This document shows positions 33,687-38,132 of a DNA stretch of 38,132 bases, one piece after another. A program made the position numbers and the translations under genes. The notes beneath the pieces were generated by a model, which made no database searches, was not told the origin of the DNA, and was given only the letters and a program-made list of their open reading frames with translations. Source of the stretch: a virus; IMG/VR virus record IMGVR_UViG_3300027908_000014, positions 1 to 38,132 of that record; one strand, written 5' to 3'. Position 1 is the stretch's first letter, and each line of letters starts with the position of its first letter.

Positions 33687-33892
33687 AGGGGTTCCGCCGG
33701 GAAGTCGTCTACGGTCGCCAGGAGATTGCCGAGATGGTGGGGGTCAAACTGGGGACCGTCCATTCGTGGTCACAACGAGGGGTGTCGTTCCCATTCCCGG
33801 CCCCGGACCTGACCGTCTCGGGGCTGCCAGCGTGGTACGCCTCGACCGTCGAGGAATGGGCGCTACTGGCCGGACGCGAGCTGGCCCGTTAG
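33683..33892 (+). CDS. Helix-turn-helix (MerR/excisionase-like) DNA-binding protein (69 aa)
   Basis: YGRQEIAEMVGVKLGTVHSWSQRG...P.W. GTG start in a GTGA overlap. The 3' end overlaps the rusA 3' end by 30 nt (convergent). Confidence 0.6.
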   Translation: MKGFRREVVYGRQEIAEMVGVKLGTVHSWSQRGVSFPFPAPDLTVSGLPAWYASTVEEWALLAGRELAR

Positions 33893-34249
33893 CTCAAGCA
33901 CCACGCCGTTGGGGCCGCGCTGAGGGGGTCGCATCATGATCCCCAATATCTCCTTGCCGGTGTCATCAGAGAGGATGCCAGCGTCACGCAGGCCGTCGAC
34001 ACAGGCTTTGACCACGCCGGTATGAGCCCCGGTGTCGGCCAGGACGCCCTTGGCCTGGTACGGCCAGCACTCGATGGTCACGGTGGCGAATCGTGGCAAC
34101 CAGATCTGTTCGGCGGCGGTCGCTGTCGTGGCCCGTCGCCATTTGGCGATGACTGTGCCCTGGGTGCGGTAGTGCGTGCGTTTCTGCCAGTTCATCGTCA
34201 TCATGACCGCTGGGGCGTCAACGACGAGCCGATAGGTGTCAGGCATCAT
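33863..34249 (-). CDS. rusA: RusA-like Holliday junction resolvase (128 aa)
   Basis: RusA-like layout: VTIECWPY...ADTGAHTGVVKACVDGLRDAGILSDDTGKEI...GVVLELTG. Confidence 0.7.
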   Translation of the reverse strand: MMPDTYRLVVDAPAVMMTMNWQKRTHYRTQGTVIAKWRRATTATAAEQIWLPRFATVTIECWPYQAKGVLADTGAHTGVVKACVDGLRDAGILSDDTGKEILGIMMRPPQRGPNGVVLELTGQLASGQ

Positions 34250-34385
34250 CCTCAGGCGGGGCCTCTGCCGCTACCGAGCCGACCAACGCCACCAGCGCCA
34301 TCAGGCGGTCACGTGTGCGGTCAGCCGGCCGAAGGTGGCCGTACCACTGGGCCTCGAAGCCGTCAGCCAGCTCCTCGCGTGTCAC
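34242..34385 (-). CDS. Small ORF (47 aa, VTREELADGFEAQWYGHLRPADRTRDRLMALVALVGSVAAEAPPEDDA)
   Basis: Found by hand. GTGA overlap upstream and an 8-nt overlap with the rusA start. High GC3. Confidence 0.45.
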
Positions 34386-34564
34386 CAGCCGACTTCCTCG
34401 CGGTCAATCGGCCAAGGGACGATGACGACAGCTGGCGACGGTTCAGCGTCGTGGCGACGCGGTTGGAGCTCCATCCCCTCTGAACGCGGCCGGTCCATCC
34501 ACGCAGCCACACAGAACAGGGCCAGGACGCCGACGATCATCGGGACAAAGATCCAGTGGGTCAC
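34382..34564 (-). CDS. Small membrane protein (60 aa)
   Basis: Start taken at GTG 34564 (GTGA overlap). Hydrophobic span WIFVPMIVGVLALFCVAAW. Confidence 0.5.
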   Translation of the reverse strand: MTHWIFVPMIVGVLALFCVAAWMDRPRSEGMELQPRRHDAEPSPAVVIVPWPIDREEVGW

Positions 34565-34800
34565 GACTGCCACGGCTTCTGATGCACGACGATGAACCAC
34601 CAGACACCGGTAGCGATATTCGGCCAGCCCACCCAGTCATGGGCACCGAGCCTCGCCCCACCGAGCCAGATCATGAAAACCCCAGCGCAGACCAGCACCG
34701 GCTCGCGGAGATGACCCAAGAACCACAGCTCCCGTAGCGTGCCCCACCAAGACCGGTCCGCCTCACAGCGTGCGACAAACTCAGATTTCGTCGGCTTCAC
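34561..34800 (-). CDS. Small membrane protein (79 aa)
   Basis: GTG 34800 overlaps the C5-MTase stop (GTGA) just after GGGGAGGGG. Hydrophobic spans VLVCAGVFMIWLGGA and IATGVWWFIVV. The track N-terminus (34561..35091) overlaps the MTase and is rejected. Confidence 0.55.
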   Translation of the reverse strand: MKPTKSEFVARCEADRSWWGTLRELWFLGHLREPVLVCAGVFMIWLGGARLGAHDWVGWPNIATGVWWFIVVHQKPWQS

Positions 34801-35555
34801 AACCCCTCCCCCTTGTCGGCTCCGGTGCTCTGAGGGGCCAGGTGGGCGAGGTGGGCGAGGAGTTGGGCGCCTATGAATTCTGTGTAGGCGGGAGGGATGG
34901 CCTGAGTCATTTCGTCGCGGGTCATCCATTCCACCCCCATCACACCGGCCGCGGCCTTGGTGGATGCTCCAGCCGTGTGCCCAGCAGGATCGGGCAATAC
35001 ACCAGTGACGCCGGCAGATGCGTGCGAATAACGGTTCCCAAGCATCCGACCGTGGCCTATGACCTCTCGATGCCTTTGGTGGGGATGGCACATGACCAGG
35101 AAGTTCGCCTCAAAGAGCCGGTGTCGATACATGCGAAGCCCGAAGTCCAACCCGCAGAGCATGAACGGTTCGACCAGCGGAGCGCCCATCACGTTTTCGA
35201 TGACATAAGTGAGGCCGGTTTGGATCAAGAGAGCACGCACTGGCTCAATCAGCAGCGGGTATTCCCTATCCCTTAGCCAGGGCAGGTGCCGCATCCGGCT
35301 ATACCCCTGGCATGGTGGACTGGCGTGAACCGCATCGAAGTGACCGAGGCACGGGCCTAATCGACCACGCTCATGCCAACAACCTTTGCGAACGTCCTGC
35401 ACCATCGCCGTGGCATCGGCCTGGTGGAACTCAAACGGGTAGTGCGGCTGGGGCTCGATGTCCACGCCCACCACGTCGAAGCCCGCACGGTGATAGCCCA
35501 TTGCCGCCCCGCCGGCGCCCGAAAATAAATCAAGGAGTCTCGGTCGGGGGCTCAC
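34797..35555 (-). CDS. DNA (cytosine-5) methyltransferase, orphan (252 aa)
   Basis: Motif I DLFSGAGG, motif IV ASPPCQGYS, motif VI YVIENV. Start taken at GTG 35555 (GTGA overlap with the 24-aa mini-ORF); the track start is 35561. Confidence 0.9.
   Translation of the reverse strand: MSPRPRLLDLFSGAGGAAMGYHRAGFDVVGVDIEPQPHYPFEFHQADATAMVQDVRKGCWHERGRLGPCLGHFDAVHASPPCQGYSRMRHLPWLRDREYPLLIEPVRALLIQTGLTYVIENVMGAPLVEPFMLCGLDFGLRMYRHRLFEANFLVMCHPHQRHREVIGHGRMLGNRYSHASAGVTGVLPDPAGHTAGASTKAAAGVMGVEWMTRDEMTQAIPPAYTEFIGAQLLAHLAHLAPQSTGADKGEGL
34802..34838 (-). repeat. Junction element copy A (37 nt, identical to 35625..35661)
   Basis: acccctcccccttgtcggctccggtgctctgaggggc. It encodes the last residues PQSTGADKGEG of the C5-MTase and carries the SD for the next ORF. 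Confidence 0.9.
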
Positions 35556-35626
35556 GGACACACTTCCCCCCGCTCGAGGAGGACTTCGGTGTCGAAGCGG
35601 TCGTCGTCGAAGAACGGCTCTGTCAC
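35552..35626 (-). CDS. Relay mini-ORF (24 aa, VTEPFFDDDRFDTEVLLERGEVCP)
   Basis: GTGA overlaps at both ends bridge the two methyltransferase genes. GC3 is about 83%. Confidence 0.45.
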   Translation of the reverse strand: MTEPFFDDDRFDTEVLLERGEVCP

Positions 35627-36402
35627 CCCTCCCCCTTGTCGGCTCCGGTGCTCTGAGGGGCGGTCAGGAGGACGCCTTGTGCGAGACGACCAACTGCGGT
35701 TTCGCAATACGCCTCGTTGGCCTCAATCCCGATTGCCCTGCGGCCCAACTCTCGAGCACCGACCAGCGTTGAACCGCTGCCCATGAAGGGGTCAAACACG
35801 GTCCATCCCGGCGCCGTTGAATAGCGAATGAGTGGGTCAAGGATGCCCAGTGGCTTCTCGGTCGGGTGGTTGCTTGAGCCATGACACGACCGGACCTCAA
35901 TGACGGTGGTTGCGAGTCGTGGGCCTCCGTCGACCGTCCGGTATGTTCCACCGCTGGCAATCTCACCCATGTGTGCTGGCCGTCGTTTCGTGCGCTTCAC
36001 TGAACGAGCGGTGGCATCCATCGTGACCGGAACGTCCAGCCTCAGCCCACGCCATTCGCCTCGGTAGAAGTGGACTGCCTGCTCATGGATACGGCGGAAT
36101 CGGTCGGCGTGAAAGCTCGATCCGTTGTGCTTTTTCCACACAACGTCCTGGCCGAACTTCCAATCTGAGAACTCGGCGGCGTGGCCCATGAACATTTTGA
36201 GCGACCCAAAACACCACATTTCATCGAACGGGATCAGACTCGGCCAACCGTCAACCCAGCGGTCCCACCCGAGACTCGTTTGCCCATAGGGCGGGTCAGT
36301 AACGGTGACAACTGGGGCGTGATCGAACGTCAGCGTAGGAATGATCTCGCGCATGTCCCCGTGATAGATCGTGATGCCGTCCTGTTCGTAATACGGCCTC
36401 AC
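35623..36402 (-). CDS. DNA N6-adenine / N4-cytosine methyltransferase (DPPY type), orphan (259 aa)
   Basis: Motif IV TDPPYG near the N-terminus and motif I VFDPFMGSGSTLVGA near the C-terminus (beta-class order). GTG start in a GTGA overlap after GAAGGAG. Confidence 0.9.
   Translation of the reverse strand: MRPYYEQDGITIYHGDMREIIPTLTFDHAPVVTVTDPPYGQTSLGWDRWVDGWPSLIPFDEMWCFGSLKMFMGHAAEFSDWKFGQDVVWKKHNGSSFHADRFRRIHEQAVHFYRGEWRGLRLDVPVTMDATARSVKRTKRRPAHMGEIASGGTYRTVDGGPRLATTVIEVRSCHGSSNHPTEKPLGILDPLIRYSTAPGWTVFDPFMGSGSTLVGARELGRRAIGIEANEAYCETAVGRLAQGVLLTAPQSTGADKGEG
35625..35661 (-). repeat. Junction element copy B (37 nt, identical to 34802..34838)
   Basis: Read directly. The bases flanking both copies differ on each side. 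Confidence 0.9.
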
Positions 36403-37133
36403 TCCTTCATCTCCGCGATGAACCCGTCAACCTCTTCGTTGGTCACCCCGTCGATGCCCTCGGCACCGTGGTCGTCGTGAAGGGCGAGAGCCTGGGCGAT
36501 ATCACCTTGGTGGATTGCCTCGGCCAGTTCTCGCAGTTCGGGCGTGAGTGTGGCGTCAGCCAAGTGCTTCGCGATGCGGAACGCTGTCTTGAAGTCGTCA
36601 CCTTTGACGGGACGGTCCCCCGTTATGCGCCACTTGTCGAGGTCGTCCACTGACAACCCCTCTTCGGAAGAACTGTCAGCGATGACGCCAAGCATCCACG
36701 CCAGACGCCCTGACTGTTTCCGCAGCCTTTCGTTCTCGGCCTCTAGCTCGGTGACGCGGGCTTCGGCTTCGTCGCGCTGATGTTTGATCGAAATCGCGGG
36801 CGTGTGCTTGGCGGCGGCGATCTGCTCAGCGGTCAACGAACGTGCGGCTCCCCCCGCCTCCCCTTGTTCGGCTCGGTGAGAGGTGGCGAGGGGTGGGTTC
36901 TCTCCTCGGCGGACCCTGATCGGCTCAATTATCGCGTCGTAGGCATCCCGAAGGCGCAGCGCCCAGCGCCTCATTAGTTCGTCCAGTTCTTCACTCACGT
37001 CATCGTGGTAGCGGCGACGCACAATCTCGGCAGCGACGGTCATCACTTCTTTTTCCTCGGGCTTGATGGGCCGCGTCGTTCCGATGATTCGTCCCCTCGC
37101 CGCCGCCTCATCCTCTACGGGTACGTCAGGCAT
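36399..37133 (-). CDS. Hypothetical protein (244 aa), possibly a fusion of two former ORFs
   Basis: Track ORF with SD GGAG 6 nt before the ATG. Contains an in-frame degenerate junction element (…PPLATSHRAEQGEAGGAAR…) and a coiled-coil segment (EAEARVTELEAENERLRKQ). Confidence 0.6.
   Translation of the reverse strand: MPDVPVEDEAAARGRIIGTTRPIKPEEKEVMTVAAEIVRRRYHDDVSEELDELMRRWALRLRDAYDAIIEPIRVRRGENPPLATSHRAEQGEAGGAARSLTAEQIAAAKHTPAISIKHQRDEAEARVTELEAENERLRKQSGRLAWMLGVIADSSSEEGLSVDDLDKWRITGDRPVKGDDFKTAFRIAKHLADATLTPELRELAEAIHQGDIAQALALHDDHGAEGIDGVTNEEVDGFIAEMKE
36851..36895 (-). repeat. Degenerate, in-frame relic of the junction element
   Basis: cccccgcctccccttgttcggctcggtgagaggtggcgagggg aligns with copies A and B with a few substitutions and indels, and has no stop codon. 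Confidence 0.6.
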
Positions 37134-37188
37134 CGAAACTCCGATCCAGTCGTTCGAGCTGAATCGACTTGCATTCGTGCAGGCTCAC
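37126..37188 (-). CDS. Possible relay mini-ORF (20 aa, VSLHECKSIQLERLDRSFDA)
   Basis: GTG overlaps the RNA ligase stop (GTGA). Its stop overlaps the next ATG (ATGCCTGA). GC3 is only ~65%, so the coding status is doubtful. Confidence 0.25.
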   Translation of the reverse strand: MSLHECKSIQLERLDRSFDA

Positions 37189-37218
37189 TTCACCCCTCCC
37201 TTGTCGGAGGCTTCGGGG
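37184..37218 (-). repeat. Junction element copy C (35 nt, 34/35 identical to 37864..37898)
   Basis: ctcacttcacccctcccttgtcggaggcttcgggg. It encodes PEASDKGGVK-stop of the RNA ligase. Confidence 0.9.
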
Positions 37219-37868
37219 GTGGGGGGGAAGTCACGCCCCTTGACTTTGACGATGATGCGTTCACCCTTGCGGTTGAACAGCGGGACGGTAGGCGTGCCGA
37301 CAATCCCTTCTATGCGTACGTTCTCCCAGGCCGATTGGACACGCTTGCAGCGGACCTTGGCGATGGCTTCGTTGAGTGTGAATGTGCCGATCACGGGAAC
37401 GGTGCGGAGTCCCAACTTTTCGGCCACGTCCGCCACATCTTCGGGTTGGAGCCACCAGTCCCCCACTCGCACGTCGAACAGGATGAAGTCGCACCCTTCG
37501 GGGTTGTAGTTGCCGGCGCCCTTTTGGACCTTGCGCCCGTAGCCTTCGCCGTAGAGCGTGGCCGATTGCGAATCGGGGAACGCTGCCTCCAGGTCGCTGG
37601 CCGTGAAGATGTCGGCCAGGCGGTCGTAAAGGAACGTCGGCATCTGGGCGTTGTCGGTGCGCCCACCGAACTGCACGACCGGGGCATTCTGGTCAGTGTG
37701 ATACAGGTACACCCGTACGTTGGTCCCGTCGACCTTCTCGGTCCAGCGCCAGTCCAACTCGGCCAGATAGCCGAACTCGGGACAGGCCCAGTCACCGTCG
37801 ATCAACTGGCCCTTCTCGTCGCGCTTGAACACGCTATTGATCTTCTGGTACTCGCGCATCTCACTCAC
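37185..37868 (-). CDS. RNA ligase family protein (nucleotidyltransferase domain only, 227 aa)
   Basis: Motif I lysine context WTEKVDGTNVRV, as in Pab1020/DraRnl-type RNA ligases. Later EGYG and KVK-type motifs. GTG start in a GTGA overlap 6 nt after GGAGG. Confidence 0.65.
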   Translation of the reverse strand: MSEMREYQKINSVFKRDEKGQLIDGDWACPEFGYLAELDWRWTEKVDGTNVRVYLYHTDQNAPVVQFGGRTDNAQMPTFLYDRLADIFTASDLEAAFPDSQSATLYGEGYGRKVQKGAGNYNPEGCDFILFDVRVGDWWLQPEDVADVAEKLGLRTVPVIGTFTLNEAIAKVRCKRVQSAWENVRIEGIVGTPTVPLFNRKGERIIVKVKGRDFPPTPEASDKGGVK

Positions 37869-37898
37869 TTCACCCCTCCCTTGTCGGATGCTTCGGGG
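37864..37898 (-). repeat. Junction element copy D (35 nt)
   Basis: ctcacttcacccctcccttgtcggatgcttcgggg. It encodes PEASDKGGVK-stop of the junction-spanning ORF. Confidence 0.9.
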
Positions 37899-38132
37899 AG
37901 GGGGCGTCCGTCCTGGTCGATTCCGGAGGCAGCGAGGATGGCGACGGCCAGCGGGCGCTCGTCGTCAAACGACTCACCACATCGAGTGCAGTAGGAACCC
38001 AGTGGGATCATGAGGTCATATCGGGCATGGCCGAGGAGCTTGCAGCGTGCCCGGCGTATCCACCACGGCGCACCACCATCAGCGATGGGTCGGGACCAGG
38101 GGGCACGTCGCCAATAGCTGAATGGCTTAGTC
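37865..38132 (-). CDS. 3' part of the junction-spanning hypothetical ORF (see 1..227)
   Basis: Manual translation ...WWIRRARCKLLGHARYDLMIPLGSYCTRCGESFDDERPLAVAILAASGIDQDGRPLPEASDKGGVK-stop. Open to the window end. Confidence 0.5.
   Translation of the reverse strand, partial: TKPFSYWRRAPWSRPIADGGAPWWIRRARCKLLGHARYDLMIPLGSYCTRCGESFDDERPLAVAILAASGIDQDGRPLPEASDKGGVK
38034..38132. repeat. Terminal identity, copy 2 (same 99-mer as 1..99)
   Basis: Read directly. Confidence 0.95.

Noticed and set aside
34561-35091. 176-aa track ORF overlapping the C5-methyltransferase.
   Set aside because: Its first ~97 aa are an Arg/Pro/His-rich out-of-frame reading of the MTase gene. Only the last 79 aa, from the GTG in the GTGA overlap, look like a real membrane protein.

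Overview
This is a high-GC 38.1-kb contig. Its first and last 99 nt are identical, so it is a circularly closed phage genome of about 38,033 bp, and one ORF reads through the join. Almost all genes are on the minus strand, in two long units joined mostly by 1- to 8-nt stop/start overlaps (ATGA, GTGA, TAATG). Unit 1 (32016 down to 3457) holds small early genes, TerS and TerL, portal, scaffold and major capsid. It continues with podovirus-style (P22/T7-like order) virion and ejection proteins including a 1460-aa protein, two glycine-rich fibre proteins, a GH25 endolysin and a holin-like protein. It ends at a perfect bidirectional terminator. Unit 2 (3267 down through the join to 33863) holds a YqaJ/lambda-Exo-like nuclease, RecT, small ORFs, an RNA ligase, two orphan DNA methyltransferases, small membrane proteins and RusA. 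The only plus-strand genes are four small Zn-ribbon/HTH genes (32969-33892). Between the units lies a ~0.95-kb non-coding control region with six same-orientation copies of a 19-bp motif, an AT-rich hairpin island, palindromes and back-to-back promoter-like signals. I saw no integrase, DNA polymerase/primase, tRNA or CRISPR. Promoter geometry (TANNNT -10, leaderless ATG), frequent GTG starts and GC3 bias suggest an actinobacterial host; this is inference. The most unusual observations are listed below.
- A near-identical 35-37-nt junction element gives unrelated enzymes the same C-terminal peptide.
- The 19-bp motif family has a distant seventh copy in front of the capsid operon.
- An RHH plus 178-aa cassette with its own leaderless promoter and operator sits between the ejection and fibre genes, as immI does in P22.
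- There is a candidate non-coding RNA locus in the control region.
- One gene junction has only a CTG in a CTGA overlap as a possible start.
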